DNA of 64,000 bases from a virus (taxonomy: Duplodnaviria > Caudoviricetes), in the IMG/VR virus record IMGVR_UViG_3300031998_000027, positions 1 to 64,000 of that record; one strand, given 5' to 3'. The notes below the pieces were generated by a model, which saw nothing but the letters and a program-made list of their open reading frames with translations, had not been told where the DNA came from and searched no databases. Shown here piece by piece: positions 51,713-63,800 of this stretch. Both the position numbers and the translations under genes were made by a program. Position 1 is the first letter of the stretch; the number at the start of each line of letters is the position of its first letter.

Positions 51713-52750
51713 ATGGCTGCTACAATTGCTGAAATTAAAGAATTAGCTCTGCACGCTGCGAAGCGTACCGCTCCTGCCACCTTCTCCGTTGACCAGGTTG
51801 ATGCGGCTTTAGCTGATAGCTTTAAGGAGCTTGCTGGTAATATTAACCAGTTCATGAAGAATCGTTATGATATTTATCAAATTTTAATCGAGACCGTTGA
51901 TGAGGTTGTTCCTAACCGCGTTATTGATGCTGTTGGCATTTTTGCTGATGTTCGTCAAGTGGGCCAGGGCGACAAGGTTCTCTTTAAGCAGGCTGTTGGT
52001 AAGACCCGCGCTAAGAAGTTCTTAACGACCGTTGGTCTTTCTGGCGTGTATGAGACATTCCGTCTTGATACGACCACCTTTGAGCTGCCCATCCGTGCGA
52101 TTGGCGGTGCTTGCACCCTCGACTTTGAGCGTATGCTTGATGGCGCTGAAGTTATGTCTGAGTTCATGGAAGTCATGACCGATGCTCTGACTGATTCCAT
52201 CTATCTCGAGGTTCAGAAGTGCCTGCGCGCTGCTGTCAACACTATTAAGCCGACCGCTAACAAGGTTGTTGGTTCTTGGAATGCTGACCAGATGGTTCGC
52301 CTTTGCAACATTGTTAAGTCCTATGGCCAGGGCGCCACGATTTTTGCGCCGCCCGAGTTCATCGCTGCGATGGGCCCCGATGCTATAGTTCCTGTTGCGA
52401 CCGGTACCGGCCAAGGCATCTATCATCCTCAGGATATTGAGCGTATCCACTATCAGGGCTACATCAATATCTTCCGTGGCAATCCCGTTGTGTCCTTCCG
52501 TCAGTCTTATGTTGACGATGAGAACACCAAGGTCGCTATTGACCCGCAGTTCGCTTACATTCTTCCGACTGGCGGCGAGCGCATAGTCAAGGTTGTTCTT
52601 GAGGGCCAGACCCAGGTTTGGGATTGGACCAATAAGGACCAGTCCATGGAGATAGACTTCTACAAGAAAATCGGTGTTGGCATCCTTGCTACCCGTAATT
52701 GGGCTATCTATCAGAACACTGCTATCACCACTCCGGTGTACGGTGGCTAA
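51713..52750 (+). CDS. major capsid protein
   Basis: 345 aa, strongest codon bias, position, followed by a terminator. Confidence 0.8.
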   Translation: MAATIAEIKELALHAAKRTAPATFSVDQVDAALADSFKELAGNINQFMKNRYDIYQILIETVDEVVPNRVIDAVGIFADVRQVGQGDKVLFKQAVGKTRAKKFLTTVGLSGVYETFRLDTTTFELPIRAIGGACTLDFERMLDGAEVMSEFMEVMTDALTDSIYLEVQKCLRAAVNTIKPTANKVVGSWNADQMVRLCNIVKSYGQGATIFAPPEFIAAMGPDAIVPVATGTGQGIYHPQDIERIHYQGYINIFRGNPVVSFRQSYVDDENTKVAIDPQFAYILPTGGERIVKVVLEGQTQVWDWTNKDQSMEIDFYKKIGVGILATRNWAIYQNTAITTPVYGG

Positions 52751-52771
52751 GTCCTACGGTATATAAAAAAG

Positions 52772-52802
52772 TGGGGAAGGGGATTTCCCCTTCCCCTTTT
52801 TT
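52772..52802 (+). terminator. intrinsic terminator
   Basis: GGGGAAGGGG/CCCCTTCCCC plus T-run. Confidence 0.8.
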
Positions 52803-52839
52803 AAAATAAAAATTTTTGAGTGAAAAGGAGTATGAAAAA

Positions 52840-55800
52840 ATGGAAAACAAGCAAGTAGTTTTAACTAGTACAATTGACGCTTTTGTCAATGTTGATGTGC
52901 CAGAGTTACGTCTTAAGAGACTTTGGGAGCGCAAGGGCGCGAAGAAAACCATTCCTCTTGATGTACTGAGAGAGGCTTTTTATGAGCCAAGTGTTGAGTA
53001 TTTACTGCGGCAGGGTATCCTTTATATTGATGATTTAGATGTTAAGATTGAGCTTGGCCTTGAGGAAGAGTCCGCGAGAGAACCTAATGCGAAGCTTAAT
53101 ATTCAGATATTAAAGGACGAAGATATAAATCGTCTTTTAACTGTTGTTCCTATTTATGATTTTAAAGATAAGCTGAAGGATTATACGAAGGAACAGATTC
53201 AAGAAATCGTGGATTATGCAATAGCGCATGATTTTACTAACTTTGATAAATGTGAATATTTAAAGGAGCTTAGTGGTTTTGATATTATCAGAACTGTTCA
53301 GTTGAATCACCAAGATAAAGAGGGGGAATAATAAATGACTCCTTATTGGAAGGTCTATGAGGCCTTTCTTGCAAAAACTCTTGAAGATGAATGGGGTCAA
53401 TGGATGCCAGAAGAAACAGAAGCAGATTTACAAGCTATACTGAAAGGCGCGATTCCCTATTTTAAGTTTCCAAGAGTTAGTTTAGAAAGAGATGACCGCG
53501 GTTTTATTGAAGACTTGAATAATGAAGAAATTCAAATTCTTGCGACTTATATGAAGTGTGAATGGTTAAATCGGTCTATTATGACTTGGGAGAATGTAAA
53601 GCCGCTTTATGAGGAAAGAGACTTCTCTCAAGCAAATTTATTGGACAAATTAAAAAGTACCTTGGAATACGAGCGACTTAATGCCGCGCGCCTTGAAGGT
53701 TTTTATTATCGTTCAATAAAAGGGCAGTCTTATAAATATAGTAACTTGGCAGGAAGCACTTGATGACTTATGTTGAGTCTATAAAAGAAGGCTATTATAA
53801 TAAACTTCGTAATAAACTCTTTGGGTTACTTTGTGAATTTGAAAAAGGTAGAGAATGGGAGAAGTTCTTAGACTCTATTTTAATTGAATTAATGGGGTTC
53901 CCAGATGAGGAAAAAACCATTAATTATTTCACACTTTTTTATAAGATTTCAACCTTAAGATATTTGAAATATGAGTATTTTCGTTCAACAATTTTTGATT
54001 GTATGGATTTATTAGGCAAGGAGGGATAATATGGATAGGAAACCTCCGGTTGGCTATTATGATATTTATCTAAAAAGATTAAATAGATATGGGTTAAATT
54101 ATCAAGAAAGAACTCAAAAGAAAAGAGAACGCGAGTTTGAGGATTATATGCTTAAAAGCGTTTATCTAATTGAGTTTGAATATGATGATGAGACCCATCC
54201 AGGCATTTTTGAACGATATAAACAAGATGAAACTGAAACTTTACATTATCTTTTAACGCGCACTTCTCTTAATATGCCGAATGGTACGATTTTAATGTTA
54301 CCTAACAAAGACGATATTAAACAGCCTTGGATGATTTGGTATCTAGAGAGGATTAAAGCTAGCGGATATAATCGCTATATTATGTTAAGGATGACCCATT
54401 TTCTTACTTGGACAAGTAGGGATAAGGTTACAAGAACTTCTTGGGCATATATGTATGGTCAAGAAAATAATATGTTAAAAGATGAGCTACAATCGCGCAG
54501 CCGTATGGATACGCGATATACCGAAAATTTAAAGCTAAGTTTCTTTGTTATGCCTACTACTCCATATTTAAGAAAAGATGATTATTTAGAAATTGGTGAA
54601 GGACTTTTACAAGAGTCATATCGTGTAACCGGTTATGATATTCAATCTTCTGCGGGAGTTGAATATGTAAGTGTTGACCCAATTTATAAATATGATTTAA
54701 CTCCTCCACCTGAGCAAACACCTGAAGATAATCCAGAAGATTTCTATTGGTTAAATGGAGGTGGGTCATAATGGGAGTTAGAAATTGTCGAGATATAGGC
54801 GAAAATCTTCAAAAGATTGTAACTCGTTTAATGGCTAATGATAAATTAGTTAATCTGCTTTATTTTACAGATAAAGACCCACTTTCTCATAATCCTTTAC
54901 AAGAGGGAGAAAAGAGAGACCTAATCTTTGATAAGCTTATTAAAATTGTCCCACGACTTGGCGCTGAAGAGAAAGAATTAGCAACTTCTATAATTTCTAT
55001 CCGTGTTGTGCGCGGGCGCCAGAATAGTGAAAATAGTGAATTTAAGGATATGATAATTGAAGTTGAGACTTTTGTTCCTTTGACTCAATGGATGATTAAA
55101 GATTCTAATTTGCGGCCTTTTGCTATTATGGGCGAAGTTCAAGAAAGTCTTAATGGTAAGACTATTAATGGACTAGGAAAAATGGTTGGTGGAGATTTTG
55201 ACTTAAACTTTTTGTCTGAAGAAATATCTTGTTATGTGCAGATGTTTTATCTAACAAGTTATGAGTAATGAAACAACCTTTTTAGGGCTTCCTAAGGATT
55301 TTCATCATAAGTTTTTAATTTATCCGCCTACCGTTAAACAAGTTGTTGGCAATCCTAAATTCTCTCAATATAAGACATTATTAACCCTTTCTCAAGAAGA
55401 ATTAGAAGATGTCTTCATTAAAAATAATAAAGAAAAAGGGTTTAATGATTATGATAAGTTTAAAGTTCCTACACCTTTTGAATATTTATTTGCTAATAGT
55501 TATCATAATAAAGAAGTAGAAGAAATTGCTAAAGAAGCCTTCTATTTCTTTACAAAGCAAGAAATAACTTTTTTATTTGAAAAAGGCTTGATTTTAATTG
55601 GTAATTTAGAAGATGAATTAAAAAGAGTTAATGGTAATGTGGATGCATTAGTCTTTTTAAAAGAAGAAGAATTTTTTGAGTTTCAAAATGAAATTCGGAA
55701 TTGTCTTGGAGAAGATAAAGTAGACCCACCTGACCCAACGCTTCATCCTAGGGCGCGCCGCATGAAAGCACTTGCGCGCTATAGAGACAAGATAAAAGCT

Positions 55801-56031
55801 CAAAAAGGAATGGGAATTAATTTAGAGACAACTTTGGTTTCAATTTGCTGTATGGGAATTGGAATTACTCCACTTAATATTGGAGAGTTAAGCTATGCGT
55901 CATTAAGCGAAATAATGCGTCGATATCAAGAGAAAGAAAAATATGAGATTGATATCCGAAGCTTACAAGCTGGCGCAGATTCAAAGAAAATAAAACCAAA
56001 ATATTGGATTAGGAATTTAGAAAACAAATAA
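52840..56031 (+). other. head-completion/neck/tail-completion CDSs (52840-53331, 53335-53763, 53760-54029, 54031-54771, 54771-55268, 55261-56031)
   Basis: Coupled ORFs between MCP and tail tube; function inferred from synteny. Confidence 0.6.
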
Positions 56032-56053
56032 ATAATTAGGAGGCCATAAAAGA

Positions 56054-56953
56054 ATGAATATTCTTGATAGATATGGTATTAAAGAGGTCGCTGACGTTAC
56101 CTTCTATGACTTAAATGCTGATGGTACTCCGAAGCATCCTGTTTTATACCTGGACACCTTAAAGGTTACGACTATCGAGCAGACCGCCGAAGAGACTGAG
56201 GCCCGTGGCGGCAAGGGTAATGCGGCCCTTATAGCTTGGGACTATGGTAAGGAGATTAATGTTAGCATTGAGGATGCGCTGTTCTCTGCGAAGTCCATGG
56301 CTATCATGTTTGGTAATGGTACTGTTGCTGAGTATCTGACCACCACTGGTAATGATGCCTATAACGCCTTCATTATGAAGACCGAGCAGTTTAATCCGAC
56401 TGGCACTACAGTTCCCACGAATGGCGGTTCTGGTTATAGCGATACTAGCGGTTGGAAGGCTAAGTTTGAGGCTCCCGATGGCAAGCTTTATACCAAGTAT
56501 AATCCGAAGTTCTATGATGCCAATGGTAATGTTGCTACTGCCTTTATTGTTGGTCAGACTTACTTCTGCACCTATGATATAAAGGTCAACGGCGCTGTTA
56601 TTGAGATTTCTGCTAACAGTTTCCCTGGCACCTATTATGTCACTGGCGATACCTTTGCTCGTGCCGAGGCTTCTGGTAAGGATGAGTTCTTCCAGTTTAT
56701 TATCCCCAAGGCTAAGGTTCAGTCCGAGAACACCATTACGCTTGAAGCCGAAGGTGACCCCTCTGTCTTCAACATGAACCTGAAGGTTCTGCGTCCTGCG
56801 GACGGCATTATGATGAAGCTTGTTAAGTATGACCTGGCTGAGACTGGTACTGATAAGGCTGCTGAAGACCTTACCATTTATCACAACCACTGGTTAGACG
56901 TTCCTGCTACTACGGCGACTCAGGATGCCGAGTATCAGACCGACGATACCTGA
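56054..56953 (+). CDS. major tail (tube) protein
   Basis: High-expression codons; GIKEVADV.F, ARGG.GN..LI.WD, IIPKAK...L..EGDPS.F; terminator after. Confidence 0.75.
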   Translation: MNILDRYGIKEVADVTFYDLNADGTPKHPVLYLDTLKVTTIEQTAEETEARGGKGNAALIAWDYGKEINVSIEDALFSAKSMAIMFGNGTVAEYLTTTGNDAYNAFIMKTEQFNPTGTTVPTNGGSGYSDTSGWKAKFEAPDGKLYTKYNPKFYDANGNVATAFIVGQTYFCTYDIKVNGAVIEISANSFPGTYYVTGDTFARAEASGKDEFFQFIIPKAKVQSENTITLEAEGDPSVFNMNLKVLRPADGIMMKLVKYDLAETGTDKAAEDLTIYHNHWLDVPATTATQDAEYQTDDT

Positions 56954-57024
56954 GTAAAAATTTAATTTCGTTGAAAATGGGTGGATGGCCGGCGCTGTCC
57001 ACCCTTTTCTTTTAGGAGGAACAA

Positions 57025-57816
57025 ATGGAAAACGAGTTCTCACTTAAAGAATTGTATGAAGTGTTCTTAAAAACTACTTATCCTATGGAGATTGCAGGAA
57101 AGCAGTTTCAAGAGGGAGAAAACCTCTGCATATTTGATAAAATTCAAATAGCAAGTTTTAATGAGAGAAAGGAAGTTGTTACCGCGCACGGCGGCTTTGA
57201 AGATAGAGACCGAGTTTTTTGGGAGACAACCAAAGAAATTGATATAGATTTTTCTCAAGGAATTTTTAATAGTTTACAGTTTGCTCTTTTAAATAATTCA
57301 AAATTATTAAGAACTGTTGACAATACTGCTTTGAGAATTCCTATTAGAGAAAAAATTGAGAGTAATAGGCAAAAGAAAGTTATTTTAACAAAGGTACCTT
57401 GCGCACATACTGAGGTTTTCTTTTATGATGCACAGACGGGTGAAAGAGTAAATTTAACTTTTGTTCAGGAAAGAGCATATGAGGCGCCAACTGCTTTTAA
57501 AGAATATATTTGTGATTATTATTATGATTACGAAAATGGCGCGCAGTATGTTACAATAGGAAATAGAATGATAAATGGGTTCCTTCGCTTAGAAGGAAAA
57601 ACGCGAGTAAAGGATGATATTACAGGTAAAACTAGAACCGGAATTATAGAAATTCCTAAATTAAAATTAATGTCTGGTTTATCTATGAGATTGGGGAAAA
57701 ATGCGAACCCTGTGGTGGCTAATTTTAGAACCTTAGCTGTGCCAGTTGGGGCGAGAGAAAGTAGTTCTGTAATTAATCTCTATTTCCTCAATGATGATAT
57801 AGATAGTGATATGTAA
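57025..57816 (+). CDS. tail-tube paralog
   Basis: Aligns with 56054: LKEL.EV, AHGG...WE..KEI, G.T..KD..TGK....I.IPK.K. Confidence 0.6.
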   Translation: MENEFSLKELYEVFLKTTYPMEIAGKQFQEGENLCIFDKIQIASFNERKEVVTAHGGFEDRDRVFWETTKEIDIDFSQGIFNSLQFALLNNSKLLRTVDNTALRIPIREKIESNRQKKVILTKVPCAHTEVFFYDAQTGERVNLTFVQERAYEAPTAFKEYICDYYYDYENGAQYVTIGNRMINGFLRLEGKTRVKDDITGKTRTGIIEIPKLKLMSGLSMRLGKNANPVVANFRTLAVPVGARESSSVINLYFLNDDIDSDM

Positions 57817-57820
57817 ATAG

Positions 57821-57858
57821 AAATCAGCATTAATTTTAGATTAATGCTGATTTTTTTT
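57821..57858 (+). terminator. intrinsic terminator
   Basis: AAATCAGCATTAAT/ATTAATGCTGATTT plus T-run. Confidence 0.7.
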
Positions 57859-57873
57859 ATTGGAGGGAATAAG

Positions 57874-60800
57874 ATGGCTGATAAAAAGTTTAATATCACA
57901 TTTGATGTTGATGCTAATATTACGCCAGTAAAGAATGCGATAAGCGGGCTGCAAAGCGCACTTAGTAAGATTAATATACCCGAGAATTTTAAAAAGGGAT
58001 TAACAGATACTTTTACCAAATTAGATAATGAAATTAAGAATTTTGAGTCTATTGCTAGTAAGGGATTTACTAATCTTGCGGATGTCAATAAGGCCGAAAA
58101 GTCTTTTGATAGAGTTACAGATTTACTAAGTAAATTAAGAACTGAAGCTGCGCGATTAAAGGGAGTAGATCCAAACAAGTTATTACCGAAGGAAACGATT
58201 GATAAGACCAAAGCTTTACATTCTGAATGGGTTAAATTAAAGGCCGCGATGGATAAAGGTTTTGGTAATACTGCAGAAATTGCAAAGCAAAATCAAGAGT
58301 TAGATAAACAAAACAATAAATTAGAAGAACTTCAAGGTAAATATAATGACCTCGCCGCGGCGAATAAAACTATGGGTGCGAGAAGAGGAACTTTATCTCA
58401 ATCCTTAGATGCTGACACAAAAAAGGCTACAGAGCTTGTTGCAAGAATGCAAGAGCTTGAAAAAGTCAAAGGTGGTAACAGAACTGCTGAATATAAACAA
58501 TTAAGTGGCCAGTTGGAAGTTTTAAATGGTAGCATTAAGCGAAATCAAACTGAATATGATAACTTAGGTAAAAAAATTAATGAGAATAAAACAGCAATGG
58601 CTGGTTATTCTACTCAAATCACTTCAACTGGAAATACTATATCTCAGATTACTGCAACAATAGAACAGTTAAAATCTGCGGCGCAACAGACTCCTGAAGG
58701 TTTAAACCAGTTAAGAGAAAAACTCGCAGAGGTTAAAGGGGTTAATTTAAACGAAATTCCAACTGATATTGATGCAATTGGCAGAGAAATTCAAGATTTA
58801 AATGTTGATCAAGTTCGACAATTAACTCAGTCAATAGATGGATTAGAACCGCCATTAAAAGAAGCTACTAATGCCACTCAAGGCTTAGGCAATGCAATGG
58901 ACACAGCCTCTGGTCAAATGCGTGAAATGACCGCCAGAGAGAAAGAAATTGAACAACTTGCAAATCGAGTAAAGTATTTCTTCTCAATTGGTAATACTGT
59001 CCAACTTTTTAAACGAGCTGTTAAATCTGCTATTAATACAGTTAAAGAACTTGATGAAGTAATGACTCAAGCCGCTGTGGTTACTAAGTTTGATGTCAGT
59101 GGTATGTGGGCTCAATTACCTGAGTACACGAAGCGCGCGAATGAACTTGGTGTCACGGTTAAGGGTGTCTATGAAGCTTCAACTCTGTACTATCAACAGG
59201 GTCTTGAAACTGAGCAGGTTATTGGAGTTACAAATGAAACTCTGAAAATGGCTAAGATTGCTGGCCTTGACTATGCAACAGCAACTAACTATATGACTTC
59301 TGCCCTTCGTGGGTTCAACATGGAAGTTAATGAACTTTCTGCACAGAAAGTTAACGATATATATTCTCAGTTAGCGGCGAAGACGGCATCTAATGTCGAA
59401 GAAATTTCTATAGCTATGTCTAAAGTTGCTCCTCTGGCACATAATGCTGGTATGGAAATTGAGACAACTGCTGCAATGCTTGCTCAGATGATTGAGAAGA
59501 CTCGTGAAGCACCTGAGACTCTCGGTACTGCTATGAAAACTGTTATAGCACGCTTCCAAGAGTTAAAGAAAGACCCCGCGCTTATTGAGCCAGTTGATGG
59601 TGAAATGGTTGATGCTAATAAGGTTGAAACTGCACTTAATACAATTGGTGTTGCATTAAGAGATACAAGTGGCCAGTTTAGACAATTAGATGAGGTTTTT
59701 CTTGAGATTTCACAAAAATGGGATACTCTTGATGTTAATACACAAAGATATATAGCTACAATTGCGGCTGGTTCTCGTCAGCAATCTCGTTTTATTGCTA
59801 TGATGGCTGACTACGCAAGAACTACAGACCTTGTTAAATTAGCCAATAATTCAGCTGGAGCAAGTAGCGAACAGTTTGAAAAGACTCAAGCTTCATTAGC
59901 AACAGCTTTAAATAGATTAAAGAATGCTTGGGACCAGTTTGCAATGGGTCTGGCTAATAATGAAGTTATTAAAAAGGTTATAGATTTAATTACTGGATTT
60001 ATTAATATTGTTAATAAGGCTATTGATACGATTTCTCGTGGAAATAGTATCGTCAAGTCTATTCTTAATCTTGGTGCTTTATTGGGTGGAATTAAATTAG
60101 CAAAAGCTGCTTTTACTGGATTTTTTAATTGGTTACTAAAAGGAAGTAAATTAATTGGAGCTGAGGCTGGAGCCAGTTTTGGTGCGAATATTAGAAAATC
60201 ATTAAAATCATTAGAAAAGGCCTTTGCTAAAACAACTTGGGTTGGTCCAAACTTAACTGCAGCTAGAGTTGAGGTACAAAAATTAGCTGCGGCTGATTTA
60301 ACTACGGCAGATGCACAAGATAGATTATCTGCTGCGCAAGCAATATATAATAGGTTATTAAAGGAATCAATATCTGGTTTAACGTTGACTAATGCTCAAC
60401 AAGCCGCCGCTAATACGTTAATTGGTATGGGTGTTGATGAAACGTTAGCTCAAGCCGCTGCACTTAGCGGACTTACAAAAGAAGAAGTAGATGAAATTAT
60501 AACCAAGGGAATTAATAATAAAGAAACAGAAGAACAAATAACAGCAAGATTAGTTGAAGTTGCAACAATAAAAACAGAAGCCGGAGCAGAAGCTGGTTTA
60601 ATTACTACTCAAAAGATGGGTATTTTAACTAGATTAAAATATATAGGTCTTTTAATATTTGGTACTAGAAAACAAAGAGAAGACGCCTTTTCTAAATTAG
60701 GAATGGCTGGGGCGACTGCTACAGCCACAGCAGCTCAAGAAGCTTTTAATGCATCTCTTTATGCTTGTCCGATAGGCTGGATTATTGCTGGTATTTTAGC

Positions 60801-63800
60801 ATTAGTTGCTGCAATGACTATATTGGTAGTTCTTGTTGCTAAGAAATTTTCACTTACAGAAAAAATGAAAAATGCTGCAAAAGAAACCGATGCGGCAAAA
60901 GAGTCTGCTAATGAAGCCAAGCAAGCATATGATGATCTTTTAGGTGATAATGAAAAATATGATGAATTACAAAAGACTTTAGAAGATTTAACATATGGTA
61001 CTATAGAATGGAAACAAGCTTTAGTTGAAGTAAATAATCAGGTTTTAGAATTAATTAATAAATATCCAGCTTTAATTAAGTTTTTAGAAAGGGGCCAATT
61101 TGGACAGTTACAAATTAGTGAGGCTGGTTGGGATCAATTAATTAAAGAGCAAGAAAATACTATGTTAAATACTCAAGGAGCTTTAACTCTTGCTCGTAGC
61201 AAGGAATTTGAATATCAAGCCCAAAAAGCTTTACAAGATGCCAAATCATTAGCTATTTATACTTCATCTACTGTTACTGGAGGAAATGCTCCTGTTGCCT
61301 CTTATACTAGCATTTTTGATGAAGATACTTTTAATTATGTTAAAAAATTAGTAGATGAAGGTCAAGTTAAAGATTTTGCGGATTCTGTAAAAAATGCCGG
61401 AATTGCTAGTCTTTTATCTGCTGAAGAAATTGAAGATTTAGGACAAGCTTTAATTAATTATAGAAATGTCGTAATTGATACAAATAATAAAATAAATAGT
61501 AGTTTAGAAGCTTTCTTTATAACTGCTATCTCTGCTGATAAAAGCACTCTTTTAGGTGGATCTGCTGGTAATATAGCACACGCTTTTAGTAAAAAATATT
61601 CTACAAATAATGAAAGGAGTATTCAAGAAAAATCTGAAAGTATTTATAAAGATGATGGTTACGCAGAATTTCGTCATAATGAATATTTCCAACAATTAGC
61701 GGCGAAGTATGATGTTTCTGCTCAAATGGTTGGTAAAGATCTTGAAGATTTGCAGACATTATATAAAGCAGTAAAAGGAGTAGAGACCATACCTCAAGAA
61801 ATAGAAAAAAATAAACGAGCGCTTGCTAATGCAATAGCAGAAGTAGAATTATCAGAGGTATATACAGAAGCTATTAATAAATTTACAGATCAATTTATAA
61901 CCTTATCTAATAATGAGCAAGAAATTTTAAACCTTGTAATGTCTGAGGGTTTAAATTATATAGATAAAAATCCTGAGTATTTAGGAGATTTTTATAAAAA
62001 GAATCAAGAATTATTGGATCAGTTATATGGAAGTAAAGAGGGTTTTGTTCATGCATGGACCGAAGCGGTAGAAAATGGAAAACAGGAAATTGCAGAAGCA
62101 AAAGCAAAACTAATTGATACTGGTATTTTACCAAATGCAGATGAATTATTTGGAAAAGGATTAGATGCTGGCGCGATTTCTGGTCTTTCAGAAAATTTAA
62201 TAAAAGTTTTTGAAGTATCTGGTACTGAAGCTGCTTCTACTTTAGCTAATTCTATTCAAGATATAGTAAATCAAATTAGTAATCCAGAAGATGCTGCGAA
62301 ATTTGCAACAGTATTAAACAGTATTGATTGGTCAAAAACCGAACAAATTGAAGGATTAAGCGATAGTTTAAAAGAATTAATTACTTCTACGGACCTTTCT
62401 GAAGAGGACTTAAATGAATTAGAAAATCAAATGATTCTTCTTGCTAAAGCTACTAGGACAGTTGATTTAGAAAAAGTTGCTGATCAAATAAAATCATTAA
62501 GTAAAATTCAATATAATATTAAAAATGGCGAACAAAAGGGGACTTTTTCAGAAGAAGATTATAAAACTTTAATTGATGCTGGAGTTGCTAGCGCAGGAGA
62601 TTTTGTTTACAATTTAGCAACCGATTCTTGGGATTATATTGGCGGCTCAATGGAAGAGCTAAATATTGCATTAGATAATAACACAAAGGCTTTATTAGGA
62701 CAAGAAGATTTAGAGCGTGGTATTGAAATATCTAAGGCGGCAAGGCAAACTATTGAAGAAGTAGATACTGTTAATTTTAGTGATGCCACTAGCTTAGGAA
62801 ACGCTTTAGGGACATTTTTAGAAAAAACTGGAGGGAATAATGGAATTGTCTCCGAAGATTGGTTAAAATATAATCAAGGAGATGTCGATGCATTAGCTGA
62901 AAAATGGCGTGAAGTGGTTGGCGAAGCTGTTATGCTTGAAGACAGAGAAAATAAACTTTCTGATGTCATAAGAACAGGTGAGGTAACTCGCGCGCAGAAT
63001 AATAGTATTTCTTCTAATGTTACTAGAGCAATGGAAGCTACTGGTGGAACATTATCAGTTGAAAAAACTCCTATGATATTTGGTGCAAGTGAATATACTG
63101 ATGCATTATTGGCACAAGGGAAGGCTTTAGAAGTAGACCAAGAACTTCTTGACAAATTTAATAATAGTTTAAAGGAAGGACAATGGAGCTATGCAGGTCT
63201 TTATGCGCAACAAATAGCTAATATTGCCGCGACTTATGAAGAAGCAAAAGCAAATGAAATTGATATTGAAAGTGTTAAACAGCTTGCTGATTATTACATA
63301 AAAAATGGGACTCTTACTGAAGAACAAATTGATGAAGCAAATAAATTAGCTTTGGCTATTTTAAAACAAAAACAAGGTCTTGAATCTTTATCAGATAGTT
63401 ATGAAACTTGGTCTAATAATATTCGTACTATGGATAAAAATTCTGATGAATATCGGGATTCTGTAGAAGGTATGCGGAAGGCTATTAAACAATTAACTAA
63501 TACTTCTAAAGACTTATCAGATGAATTTTTAACTAACGAAGATACCCTACAAATGGTTCAAGATGTGTTAGATGGAACAGAGGGTTCTGTTGAAAAATTA
63601 CAAAAAGCTATTGGGCAAAATTTTCTTGATGGCTTAACTTTTAGCGGAGACCCGCAAGCTCTAATAGACGGTATTTTAGCCTATAATCCTGAAATTGAAA
63701 TTGGAACTACCATTAATAATAATGAATTTTTAAACGGCTTATATGATATGATGATAGATGCTGATGCTACTGTTGCGCAAATTCAAGATTTGTTTAATGC

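Noticed and set aside
56159-56890. Long antisense ORFs (also 24664-25284, 52022-52450, 43047-43484)
   Set aside because: Shadows of codon-biased genes on the opposite strand
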